Assembly: GCA_030295235.1 (NCBI GenBank)
Contig: AP026144.1
Location: 558,001-622,000 of the forward strand
Direction: 5' to 3'
Length of the DNA stretch: 64,000 nucleotides
Source of the DNA: Fistulifera solaris
Lineage: Eukaryota
Part shown: positions 24,917 to 36,980 of the stretch, piece after piece
How positions within the stretch are numbered: position 1 is the first letter of the stretch
How the letters are laid out: each line of letters begins with the position of its first letter
The notes under the pieces: model-generated
Seen by the model: only the letters and a program-made list of their open reading frames with translations
What the model was told of the DNA's origin: nothing
The model's database searches: none
Translations under genes and position numbers: made by a program

Positions 24917-25453
24917 TTATTTCTTGCTAGCTCGCAACGCTGGTACGGTGAATTTGTAAGGGACTCCTTCATTTTGCACCGTTCGTATGACAAATGTTGG
25001 ACTACTCCAACCTCCTGGCTGTTCGATGGGGTAACCCTCTCCGACACGAATCGCCCCGGACTTGCCTTTGAATGTCACGTACGCAGCGTCACCGTTCGGG
25101 GCTAAAAATTCCACAAACTCCACTTCTCCGGCTTTCAGACGCTGTACAAAGTCCAGATAAGGGATCGATGGTTCATCAATGTCGGAAGCTTTCAAGCCAC
25201 CGAAATCGTTTCCTCGGTAATTGAAAATCAGTCCATTGAACGGTGTGATGGGAGTCCCTCGGACTTCGGCACCGGTATCTGCCATAGCGGGTGTCGTTGT
25301 CACAATTGCAGCGGCGAAAGTGAGTCCTTGCCCGATGAGTGCGCGTCGAGATACCACCGTAGGCTCGCTCGTTTTTGTTGATTGTGAGAATGCCAAAACT
25401 TGCATTTTGGGTAGAGAAACAACCGTTAAAAGTACTGACACAAACCGTATCAT
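24917..25453 (-). CDS. Thylakoid-lumen targeted protein resembling the FtsH lumenal domain
   Basis: Signal + A-F, twin-arginine SRRALIG and AMA cleavage site; IPYLDFVQRLKAGEVEFV resembles the FtsH_ext motif (YS.FL..L..G.V..V). Confidence 0.6.
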   Translation of the reverse strand: MIRFVSVLLTVVSLPKMQVLAFSQSTKTSEPTVVSRRALIGQGLTFAAAIVTTTPAMADTGAEVRGTPITPFNGLIFNYRGNDFGGLKASDIDEPSIPYLDFVQRLKAGEVEFVEFLAPNGDAAYVTFKGKSGAIRVGEGYPIEQPGGWSSPTFVIRTVQNEGVPYKFTVPALRASKK

Positions 25454-26505
25454 TATGTCAGGTGCTTCTTACGTATTTCAATAAAGGAAATCAAAAGTAG
25501 TGCAAAAGCGAGCAATGCTGTATATTTAACACGGCAAAGAAATGAAACGATGAGAAATTGGTGCCGGCGGGCTGGGCTGATCGGAGTTCTAGAGTTCACA
25601 GAAGAATGATGTGTCAATGGCATAGATTACACGACCATTCCTCGCATACCGAAAGGCACAGATACCCTTTTCCTTGATGAATGGGTCATCGTCACTTACC
25701 TATTGTCTATTATGGCATGTACTTGTAGGTTAATGTGATTTTGCACGATAAAAACGCGCGCAAGTTTTGAAGCACGAGAATTACTACGTCCCAATACACG
25801 CGATCTTTCTCGTTCGCACGTGACTGAGAAGCAGTCGTGAAAATATACATTTTGAGATTATAACAGAAAGTTGAACTATGCCCCTACAAAGTCCGTCTGT
25901 CAACCATGACTGAACTTTAGTCATGAAGAATTAACACTCAAGCCGGAATATGATGCTCAAATAACTTATCTGACCCAACGACGCTTGTGCCGTTAACTTT
26001 CGTACCAATGGCATTGAATGCTAAGATGAATGCGCCGATTATTTACGGCGAAGTTACCAGACTGGTCTCTGTCATAGTTTCTATTGTCGCCATTACTTTA
26101 TAGCCTTCGGGAGATTAGGATGCTAGATTTAGTAACATAGCGTCTTTTTTACGAGCTTTTCTAATGATACAGCGCCTAATCAGAGTAATTGGTACCAACT
26201 AGACACCAGCGGTTTTTCAACTGATACTAGGAAGGCACTTTTTCAGGTCAAATCAAGGGTCCTCTTCCGTTGTTGCATGTCAGAGGCAGAAACTCCACAA
26301 TTTCGCAGATTGATATTGCCTTAAGACCTTTCAAACCTCCAGCACACACGCGCGCACAACAAAAGACGATTGCGCAAAGAACGAAGCATGCGATGCATCG
26401 ACAAACGCAGTCTCGTCAGCAACCTTGCTTTCGAATGAAATTAAAGCAGCATCCGTCCATTGGGTATCGACTCACAATAATAATAATAATCACCATTGCA
26501 ACAGT

Positions 26506-27575
26506 TCATTTCTTGTTCTTGACACACCGCGCGTCTCCCACGGCTTCACATTTGTCACGTTCGACCCAACATTTGGCGTACGGATCTTCACAATCGGGTG
26601 ACAAGGCTTGCGCCAAACGTTGCACCAACGGACTTATTTTCGTGGGATCGGGTGCATCTCCCGCACTCCAAAACGAAGGACATGGCCAGATGGTGAGATT
26701 GCGAGTGTGTTGCAACTCGTCCAGTAAAACTTGATCGAGGACGTTCAGGACGTTGACGCGCGACAGCGATTGCACATGCGTGAGTGTTTGAGTTCCGTCT
26801 GCCGCGTGCACTTGATACAAGGCATCGGGATCGTCGTCATTACCAATATAAGTGTTGTTGTTGTTGTTGTTGTTGGGTTCCGGTGGCTTCTCGTCCGGAA
26901 ACAAGAAGGATTGCAGTACACTGGATATTTCTTCTTCGTCTTCCTTTTCGGCCACCGACAAAGAGCCGTATGCGCCGCCAAATGCGAAAGGCGACAGTGA
27001 AATCGCAATATTTGTCGCAATCCAGCTTTCAAGTCCGACAAGGTAATGATGGCGTGTGTTTCGCCGTGTTGCAATAAAGACTGCAAGGCATCAGTGACTT
27101 GCAACAGTAAGGGTTGTGGAATGAAACGAATGACTTGCGTCAATCCGTGCGTCTTGCCGTATCCGTACGGCGGGACGTGGGTACGGAAGATCAATTCGAG
27201 ATTGTCATGCGACTGTGCGATCGCTTGGAGGCGTTCTTTCGCCACTAAATCACCGGGTGGAGCAATGACCGCGACGCGTCGTTTGTTATTATTATTGTTG
27301 GGAAGAATAAATTGTTTGCATTTGGGATTGGGAGGCAAACATTGTTGAATTGTAGCTCGAAAAGCATCTTCATGTTCCAATTCCGTCACTTCTGCATACG
27401 AAGAGGCGGGACCGGGAAGTTGGGGCAGCACCATCGCATCATGATGTTGATCGAGCATCGATCGGGTCGGTCCAAAAATGAGAAACAATGTCGATGCGAG
27501 CAAGAGTATGAGACATCGTGTGATGATTGCGTCAGCAGTATTTGTTGATTTGTTTTTTCTGTTCTTGTTTACCAT
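26506..27575 (-). CDS. Hypothetical type II membrane protein (frameshift ~26960)
   Basis: Basic N-terminus + TM helix, luminal domain THVPPYGYGKTHG, Cys-rich C-terminus (CEDPYAKCWVERDKCE). Confidence 0.65.
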
Positions 27576-27734
27576 GTTCTAATGATCATAATAAAACGCA
27601 TTGCATTCTTAACTTTTATTGCAAACTGCAAGCCTTTGTTTTGTTGAAATATATATTTTCGTCGTTTCCGCTCCACATTTATTTATGAATTCTACAACAA
27701 TCCACTAAGGTTAGCGTATGATCCGATTTTCGAC

Positions 27735-28050
27735 TCATGACTGAAATTCAGTCGTGGATAAGTTGACCATAACCTTTGGACTATAGTAATCACTGAAGTC
27801 GTTGATTTGCAAACCATTCTTTCCACATCATGAACTGTATCTTGCACTGCAAAGGTTGCGGAACGCATAGAGATATTTTGCAATGAAAACTTAGTGAACC
27901 ACGACAACGAGCAGGAATGAAGTACCGGGTAACAGTCTCGATTTGCCGAATATTGATGATTCATGACTGAAATGCAGTCATGATAAAAGGTCGTCTTCAC
28001 TTTGGGTCATAGTACTGGATGGATAACGCTGCGAGGAATATTTTTGCGAT
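27735..28050 (+). repeat. Intergenic repeat family copy: two units with a perfect TCATGACTG-AAATG-CAGTCATGA palindrome
   Basis: Units start at 27735 and 27961; shares GTCGTTGATTTGCAA and AAAGGTCGYCTTCACTTYGGGTC blocks with 22999-23310. Confidence 0.85.
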
Positions 28051-28167
28051 GATATTATGTGTGTGATTTTCATCCGTTTATTGCCTTATTTTGACCATGA
28101 TGGCAAAATCTCCTCAACATTCGAGGCAGCATCCATAATCAGCAAGAAGTATATACTCCGTGTAATA

Positions 28168-29411
28168 ATGTTATTCTCAATACGTCCTTCAGTTTCACAC
28201 CGCACAATCCTCGTGTTACTCCTGATGGCACTCTTTCGTACTTCCTTCCGTGCTTTGGCTACTACAGATGATTCATCGTACCGACTCAAACAAGTCCAAA
28301 TCATTCATCGTCATGGGGATCGCACACCCATTACTCCTCTGAAAGATGAAGCCTATTGGTCGCAATTATTAATATCACCGAATATTTTGCAGAAAATTGC
28401 GCAAGGCACTACAGTTCAAAGAGAGAAAATTACGACCCATGTCGCCGGTGGACGGGGTCCCTTTGGTCAATTGACGTCACTGGGATTGCTACAAATGGTA
28501 CAAGTCGGAATGAACTTACGAGAACGATACGTGGATTCGAATGTACTGTGTGACTCTCTGCAAGCAACCGACCTTCTGGTCTTTTCGACGGATTTTCCAC
28601 GAACGATACAATCGGTACAAGGATTGTTGTCGGGCCTCTTTCCCGATGGTTTGGATACGGATATCACCATCGATGTTCGACCATCTTCCTGGATGATTCC
28701 CGATCCTATGCCACGTTTTACGAAGGAACAAGAAATACTCGAACAACAATTGGCCCGAACACCCACGGTGATAGAACGCGAAACCGCCTTGCGACCCTTG
28801 GCACTGCGGGTCACACAAGCCTTACACGAGTTTCTTGCCGACGACGCGCACGATGCCGCGTTTGGTGTCGAAGGAGAACATCCAGGAGAAGTTTCGATTG
28901 AAATACAACCCTTGGCGTGGGTACAATTGGCGGAAATTACCAAATGTTTGGCCGTTCGCAGCTTGTTGCCGTCTTCCATTACAAAGCTAGATCAAGAACA
29001 GATTGCGGCGCATGCGGCATGGCGGTGGTTTCAAACCTTGAGTCATCCACGGATGGCCTATTTGGGTATGCATCGTCTAGTACAACAACAATTGCAGCTC
29101 ATGACTTGCGCTGCGGAAACATCACCATGATTGTTTGGAGTGGTCATGATTCCAGTCTCATTGGTTTGTTGTGTGCGTATCGGTTGGAACGACCTTCCAC
29201 TTGGCCGGAATACGCTAGTTATCTTTGTCTGGAATTGTTGGAAACGAAGGCGGGTGAACAATATATTCGCTTTTCGCTCAATGGAGAAGTTCTCAAATCA
29301 CAATGGGAAGATGATGATGAACTGTGGGACAAGATTCCGTTGGAAATGCTACAACAAAAAGTTTCTACCATGGGTGCCGATACCCAATCAGAATCAATAA
29401 CGACCGACTAA
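28168..29411 (+). CDS. Histidine acid phosphatase (ACP6-like, branch 2)
   Basis: RHGDRTP catalytic motif, GQLT.LG, STDFPRTIQS, and GHDSS (HD) plus WPEYAS after a frameshift at ~29110. Confidence 0.88.
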
Positions 29412-29462
29412 AAAAAACAAATTGAGCCACTAATTGTTCTTATATCGTTTCGAGCTAGATTC

Positions 29463-31639
29463 TTATTTCCTTTTCAGAGCACAATTGCGAACTCGTTCCA
29501 GTAAACCGTCCTCCACCGTTTCATCGTTCGCGATCCTTCCGGCCATAGCCATCAAATCGTCTGCCACTTCGGAAGTGATCTTTCGTTCTTTCACTAACAA
29601 GCGTAGAATGGGTCCTCGGAGTAAAGAGCCACTGACCACAAGATTTTTAGCGTGCTGATACCACAGCATAATGGCCCAATCCAACACCAATGCCGGATTC
29701 GCTTCCGATTGGAGGCGTTTCAGGAGTAAATCGCGTCGAGAACTGAGAAACTTTTTTTCGTTTTTCTTGTCCAAAACCTTGTATGGTAAACCAATGAGTG
29801 GTAAGCAGTTTTCTTGTAAGTGCTCCTGCAATGCATTTATATCGTCCACTGTGCCATGACAAAGCTCCCATAAACGAGCCACTGTCACCCCCGTGCTTCC
29901 GGGTAGTATCCGACGTAATGCTGCCAATGGATCTTTCGTCTTATCGTAGGTTATAGACACAGGATCATATTGACGCAAAGCGATATCTACCGGATGATAA
30001 TAGGGATCCGTGCGCGATTCGAAGAAAAACGACTCATCATTGACGTTGTTTCGAAACAAACAATACTGTGTCATGCGCCACGCTAAATCGGCACCCGGGC
30101 CTTCCAACAATTCGTGTCGCAAGATCAATAAATAGGTATTCTCCATACCACCAGAGTCTTGTGCGTATTGTAAAAAGTGTTGGGAGAGCTGGAATACATA
30201 ACACGCATAGGCAAAACATTCCGTGCGTTCCAATGCCATCGGATTGTGGTCAATGGATGTTTGTATGGTCGTCCGTTGAGATCTTTCGGTCATGCGTTGG
30301 AGTTCGACACGAATGGCGATTTGACAGTCCTTGGCGTGTCCATCACTGGAAAGGAATGCCAGGGTCGTTAGTTCTGTCAAGGTAGCGTCCTCCTCTTCGT
30401 CGTCACAATACTGTGCGCGTATCCGTTGGACGACTCGTTCGACTGGAACAGTGCCGTACTCTAGATTATCTATACTTGGCTTCGTTTTCGTGGATTGTTT
30501 TCGATCGCGAGAGTCGAGAATGGCCTGCACTCCACCATGTGCGTCGGCCAGCTCGCGGGCTCGTTCATGGGCATATTCTTGAACCAATAATGGCATGATT
30601 GTTGTTTGAAATGTTGCAATCATTGGTTGAGAAAAGTACCATCCACCTTGGTCGTTCCACACAAAGAGAGCACCAACTGGAAGAACCTGCTGCAACAACA
30701 ATCGTCCATCTTCTACCGAAAGATTGGTAGGAATCCAAGGATGCAATTCTAAAACATCCGCTTCTTGTAATGCTGCTTCCAAAGGATCACAGATAAGAGT
30801 CCTGTGGACGAGCGCATGAGTCAATGTCACGATCGGATGGTACGGTAACAACCATTCCCTGAGTTGATGGATGGAATGGTGGGTATCCGTCACGACACCC
30901 GCTGTTTGAAAGAGATCTACGGTAGTCTGTTGTTGCTGTTGTCGATACGCATGGGGAATGTAGGTGTCGCCTTGTAAGATTCCGGATGTGGTCCGTCGTA
31001 CGATGGGTATAACCCACGACAATTCCCATTGTTGTGCCGCACAAAGCTCGGGTAACGAAGTGGGTGTCGACAAAGAACTCAAGTAGATCGTGGCTTGTTG
31101 TTGCAATTCTACCAAGTACGATTGACTGACAAGCACCAGAGCCCCACTGTCGAGCGTCCGTAGTTCGAGATCCGGGGGTACATGCGGACGAATCAGTTGC
31201 AGTGTTGAATCCAAAGGCAATCGCCACATAGATTTGGCAATTTGCGTCAAAGGTAACGGTGCTGGCTGTGCCCTTTTCCACACTTGTCGTAAAGAAGCTT
31301 GTAAAATGATTTCGTCCAAAGTTGGGCGTGCGGATAATGTCCAACAATCAACCACGGTGCATCATCGTCGGCGAGCGACTCCACCGTTCCCCACGAAACA
31401 CCCAACTTTTGCTGTACGAACGACCACGGCAGTTTCCCCTCTTTTTCGAAACAGTCATTGATTTCCTGTTGCAACACATGTGGCCATATAAAGCGCTTAT
31501 TTAACAATTGAAGCGGGGGATGGTCGTGAAAACAGTTGCGTTGCAATAACAACTCCATCAACGCCTTCGCTCCTTCTTCGGTGATCGAAGGCGTTTTATG
31601 TGTAGGATTCTCTGCGTTAAGCGAAGAAGGATCATCCAT
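29463..31639 (-). CDS. UFL1: E3 UFM1-protein ligase 1 homolog, divergent
   Basis: N-terminus ITEEGAKALMELL..KRFIW...LQQEI and C-terminus KVLDKKNEKKFL..LLLKRLQSEANPALVL match my recollection of UFL1. Frameshift ~31350. Confidence 0.65.
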
Positions 31640-31980
31640 TTGTTCGTATTATTAAGTAAAGAACTGAGAGAGAATGATGTATGTAAACATCACAATCCCC
31701 TTTTGTTGACGATGCACGATGCGTTTTTCATACTGTAAATTTTTTCGTTTTTTCCCTCGTCGGCGGGCGCTTTGAAAATGATCGGTGACTTAACTGGTTA
31801 AGTCCCGTGGCTGTAACACTACTTCGAATCATAGTCAAAAATATATTGCGTGTAGAGTGTATACTCTATATAGTTTGATGAGCGCCTTGAAGACACACCT
31901 GGTAGTATATTATTTGAAACGATACTAATGACCAGCGAAAGTAGCACATCCAGTAGCCGATGATGATTCATTATTATTTT

Positions 31981-32852
31981 TTATTGGCTTCGTCGCATGG
32001 GATCGTTCATCGGGTTCGCGTACTGCCGTATACCATGTCCTCCATCCACATCCAACACGACTCCGGTACAAAATGGAGCTGTCAAAGATAATAAATTGCT
32101 TCGCCCATATCTCTCGGCTGTCCCACTTTTCGGAGTGGCAAGGACGAAGCCGTATGTTCCAACATGGCTTGTTTTCGTGAAAGATCCAGATGATCGAATC
32201 GTTCGGTATCACAAAATCCCGGACTCAAACAATTGACGCGCAATCGGGGACCCCATTCCAACGCCAACGTCCGGGTCAAGGCCCCATTCGCCATGGCGAG
32301 TGGGGCACAATTCACTCCGGGACGTCGATTCAATATACCGGCACACAAGACGACGGCGCCGTCGTCGCACAAGTGTGGACTCCAATGTTTGGCACAATGA
32401 TACGCACCCCATAGTTTACTATCCAGCAAAGTCCGGGCGTGGCTGGTTTCGAGTGTCACTACCGGTCCGTGGGGAGCCCGACCGGCGGCGGTAATGACCA
32501 ATCCGTCCCAATGGTGCGGCGGCTGCAAGGTTGGGGCGAACGCTTGGACTTGGGATTCGTCGGTAATATCCATGGCGGCAATCGATGTTCGTTCCGGACA
32601 CGCCAATTGATCGCGGGCTCGTTCTAATTTGCTGGTGGAACGACTGACCAAGAGGACGTGACCGCCGTGCTGTAAAACTTGCCGGGCGGCCGCCAAGCCC
32701 ATACCGGAGGAACCACCGACAATTATGACATTTTTGGGGCGAATGGTTTCCTGCGCGTGAATTGTTGTGAAAAAATATGTAAAAGCGATGAATAAGAGTG
32801 TTACATTTATGAAACGAAGGGAAGATAATAATGCTGTTGTAACAGGTGTCAT
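31981..32852 (-). CDS. Short-chain dehydrogenase/reductase, bacterial-like, with N-terminal signal
   Basis: VGGSSGMG Rossmann motif, LALEWGP.LRVNCLSPG..DT; restoring one T at ~32084 gives CTGVVLDVDGG; stop at 31981. Confidence 0.85.
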
Positions 32853-33412
32853 GATGGCAATAGATGCCGATGAATGCAGAAAAATGAATGGCAAAAATAA
32901 ATAATACGGAGTAAAGTTTAGCAAACGGCTCACGAAAGGATTTCAGTCATGAATAGAACTATCGCTTTTAATCTAGACGATGGTTTTTCCGAGAAGGATT
33001 CCGGATTCCGTTCAGTCCTTTGGAGATCAAGATGATTATTTTTTGTCCATCTGGGATTTTTGGGTGAACCTGCCCAAGGAAAGCGAGCAATAATGCTTTT
33101 ACCAGGAATAACCAATCATTACATTTTACATCGAAATGATTACATCAGTATAAGAAAAGAATAAGAGTCAATAAAGAAGATCCGGGGTCGCAAAGATTGA
33201 ATTCTTGGCTCTCCGTCGCGTTTTTTGCCTCACGCGCCAAATTGTGAGCTGTCGCCAAAATTGGGTCTCAACGATGACCGTCCGATAACAAATTGGTGTT
33301 CTCGACAAGAGTCACCCTTGAAAAGGTCATTCTTTCTTTTTGTTACAAATTCTATTGGGACGATTGTCAGTAGTCTGTCTGCATTATTGTTTTTGACTTG
33401 TTGCTTTTGAAG

Positions 33413-34027
33413 ATGAGAACAGTGTTTCTACTTGCCGTAGCTTCCGTCGCCTCTACCGCAAGAGCCCGTGATGATGGATTATTTCGAGTAGCGTCGGTGA
33501 CGGAAATTCAAAATCTTTATGGCAATTCCTGTCCTCAACGATTAGAGCAGTGTCAAGCGGCTTTGGTAACAGCACATAATGACGATGGGTCTAATACGGA
33601 AATTCCGTCGTTGGATTTCTTGCACAACATGGCCGAGAATCCCGCCGTTTGGTCTCAAATACGTAAATTGCGGCACTTGGCCACCAATCTCGAACAATGG
33701 ACACCAGATCGTCTCAATTTATCACTGCGAAAATTACTCCGTCTTGCTCATGCTTTGTCGCAATGTCTAGAGGAAAATTGGAATGTGTCCCTGTCGACAC
33801 CGGTCAATGTCTTGGAACGCTTGGTGACGACGCATCCTCCCGATGCATTCTTGGTCGCCACTTATTTGCATTCCTTTCTATTAGATGTCACCAAGACAAT
33901 TTTGACGGCTGCACTCGTTCCTGATGCCGATGTAGAGTGTGAACTACAAGCTTGGACGTGTCAGTATCAACGCATGCTGGCCACCGTGCTACCACCGGGC
34001 GAACGGACAGCCGAAGCCGCGTTGTAA
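33413..34027 (+). CDS. Hypothetical secreted protein
   Basis: Signal peptide MRTVFLLAVASVASTARA; 204-aa ORF. Confidence 0.55.
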   Translation: MRTVFLLAVASVASTARARDDGLFRVASVTEIQNLYGNSCPQRLEQCQAALVTAHNDDGSNTEIPSLDFLHNMAENPAVWSQIRKLRHLATNLEQWTPDRLNLSLRKLLRLAHALSQCLEENWNVSLSTPVNVLERLVTTHPPDAFLVATYLHSFLLDVTKTILTAALVPDADVECELQAWTCQYQRMLATVLPPGERTAEAAL

Positions 34028-34102
34028 ACTGCAATAACGAAAAAATGGAACAAATTCACCTTTCGGAGAAATCAAGCTCCTACGTTATAAGAATAATGTC
34101 AT

Positions 34103-36523
34103 TTACGCTAAGTAGTTGTAGACACCCGTATTCTCGGCGCTTCGTTCCAAGTACTCACGGTCAATCAACGCCTCAATACGCTTTTTCACGACACGAGGAT
34201 TCGGATTGAAAAGGAAAGCTGTGCCAGAACCTCCGATAAGAGTTGCTGGTGCTGCAGTGTCTTTCGTGCCTTCATGATACGAACAATTGCTGCCTCAATG
34301 GCGATGGTTCGATCTTCTTCTACTTTCTTTGTACTGAACGATGAGTCCAGACTGGCCATGGGAATCCGCACCTTTCTCATGTTGGAAGTGAACTTGGCAT
34401 TGGCCGTGAAAGTATCTGTATTATTGATCTTGTTGCCGGCCGGAGTCTTGGTGATGACTTTGTATTTGCCGCACGAAAGCGAGTGAAGGGTCGGTTTCAA
34501 CATGTCGCCCTCCAAGTTCAAGCGCTGCGCCAATTCCTCGTACCCGAGCGTGACGCCATCATTGAGCGCGTCCAAGACTACCGCCTGGAGAGTGACCACC
34601 ATCAGTTCGTAAGTTTTCTTCCCAAATGTACCTCGAACGGTGGCATTGCCCTGTGTCATAATCCATTGGAGTTTACGCTTCTGGTGTTTCTGATCGTGCC
34701 AGTCTCGGAAAATGTTCATGCATTTTTGCATTTCGTCGGTCAAAGTCACTTCCGGACTTTTGTATGAAGGCCAAAATCCCGTCGTCAACACGAGGACGCT
34801 GAAATCAAGAGGAATCTTTTCTTGACGAATTCTCTGTTCAAACTCTTGTCGCTGCTGACCACCTACAGCAAGATCCGACAACATACCTTCCATCTTGGAC
34901 GTGAACTGCGTTCCGCACTGCACTTTAAGTTTGGCAATCATAAGTTTCTCGGCGTCCTCCGAAGAACGGGACGCTAGCAAACGTTTCGCCAACTGATTAC
35001 GATAAATTTCGGCAAACATGTCCTTGTCGGTGAGATACGTAAACAGCTGTACAATTTTGTCCAAGGACTCTTCAATCTCGGCTTCACTCAGTTTTTCTCC
35101 TCCCGATTTGAGAATGCGATCGCAGTAGGTAGACATAAGCTCGGCGTTTGTGAATTGACCCACGTTTGTGTTCATGACTTCCACAAAAGCATTCTTCAAC
35201 GCCTTTTGGAACAGAGAATGACCCGCAAAGTCGTTCTTGACCACAGCCAAATACTTGTCGTGCAAACCAATTAATGCTTTAATGAAACTCGGGTCATCAT
35301 TCTTATCCTTTTCACCATCCACGCGGGCCTGACGTCGCTGAACTTCTTCCATGCCCACTTCCGTGATGAATGTCTCGACGATGCTCGCAATGGGCACCAA
35401 ACCGTTCTCAAGTCGCTGAAAGAGCCGGTACATGCGATTCAAGTCCTCCGACTTGTCATTTTGCAATAATGCCCGACAACCGGAGGTTTCTTTTCCAACA
35501 AAACCATTTCCACACGTTCCAAGATCTCATCTTCCAGTACTTTCAAAATCTTACTTTCGGAACTAGAGTTAAGATACTCGGCCACGCGGTCACTTTCTTC
35601 CCGCAACGCTCCCTCCGCTTTAATCATATAATCTGGAGTCGAGTCATTGATCCATTCCTCGCGTTTGCGTGCATAATGCTCCCGCGTGCTTTCCAGCAAT
35701 GGATTCTCCAAGTCGGTCGTGTACGCGTCAAGTGTTCCCATGCCCATGCCTTCGTACAATTCCACAATCGACTTGACCAAAGTCTTATCAATAATCTTTC
35801 CTTCGCGCTCGTCGTTGATGAGACTGAGAATGGCTTGTGTAGTATCCGCTTTAATAACATCGTAAATGTGCGTACGGAAAGAGCGTAGCCCCGCTTGTGA
35901 CAAAGTCGGCAAGGAATGGTGCTTCACGTAATATCGGTCCAAGTAGGTAAAAAATTTCTTGAGCCATTTGTTCATAATCTGATGATTTTTCCAACGGTGT
36001 TGCAGTTCGGTCAAAAGGATGTTGGATCCCTGCCGTGGTTTGTCTTTGAGCGCCGGCAAGACGTAGTCATTCAAATATTGCTCGATGGTTTCGCCGTGAC
36101 GTTGATAGAGTTCACGTGACCAATTGTAGGGAGATCTCTGCGTGCACATGTCGTAGCAGGTGCTGTAGGTATTTATGAATAATCTTGTCAGAATATATTC
36201 TATATCTCCCAGCGCGCATCTCGGTGCGATTGTAACAAAAGGCAATAGATAAACTTACGTGTAAATTTGAACATATTCCTTCGGTCCGAACAAATTAGTC
36301 TGCCCCGTCTTCATGTCCTCATTAAGAATATTTTGAAGTTTATCAAGTGCCTGTGAAAAGAATCCAACGAGCATTCGGGTGAGATACCACGGAGAGCCCC
36401 ATACTCGAACGCTGTAAATCCTAGCGAGACGAACCGTAGCGTTGCTTCATCCGCAACAGGACTTACCTTTGCCTTGATCTCGTTCCATCCCTCTTCTAAC
36501 GGTATCACTTTTGCATTCGCCAT
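34103..36523 (-). CDS. CUL1: Cullin-1
   Basis: [61 protein letters not shown] (neddylation site), [15 protein letters not shown]. Two 5' introns; homopolymer frameshifts at ~35490 and ~34210. Confidence 0.95.
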
Positions 36524-36980
36524 GGTAATTCGTCTATGTTATAATTTTATCTTGGATATCTTGGATGCAGAGGAATGACAAGTCACAAAACCGCATTCGA
36601 GCTGTTTTTTTTTTTTGTTGCGCTGCTCCGCTCCTCCTCGTCGGTCGGCCGCTCACAAACCGCGAAGGTTCACTGTCTCAAGAAGTAGACCGACGATGCT
36701 CTATTTCCTTCTAGAGTGACATGTTGGTGCGACATGTATTTCGCGGAGAAAACGAACGCCGCGCGCAACGTGCTCACGACGACTCGCAACGCGATCCTTT
36801 AATTGTTCGACTAATTTGCCGTCATAACATCATGCCGATGACAACTTAAGAGTGCCGATGCTTATTATTGCTCTACTGCTAAATATTGATTACGAACAGC
36901 TTCACAGTCATTCAGCTAAAGCAAACATAGTATGAGGGTCTCTCTATAATTCTGCACAAAGGAGGATAAGAGAAAAGATC

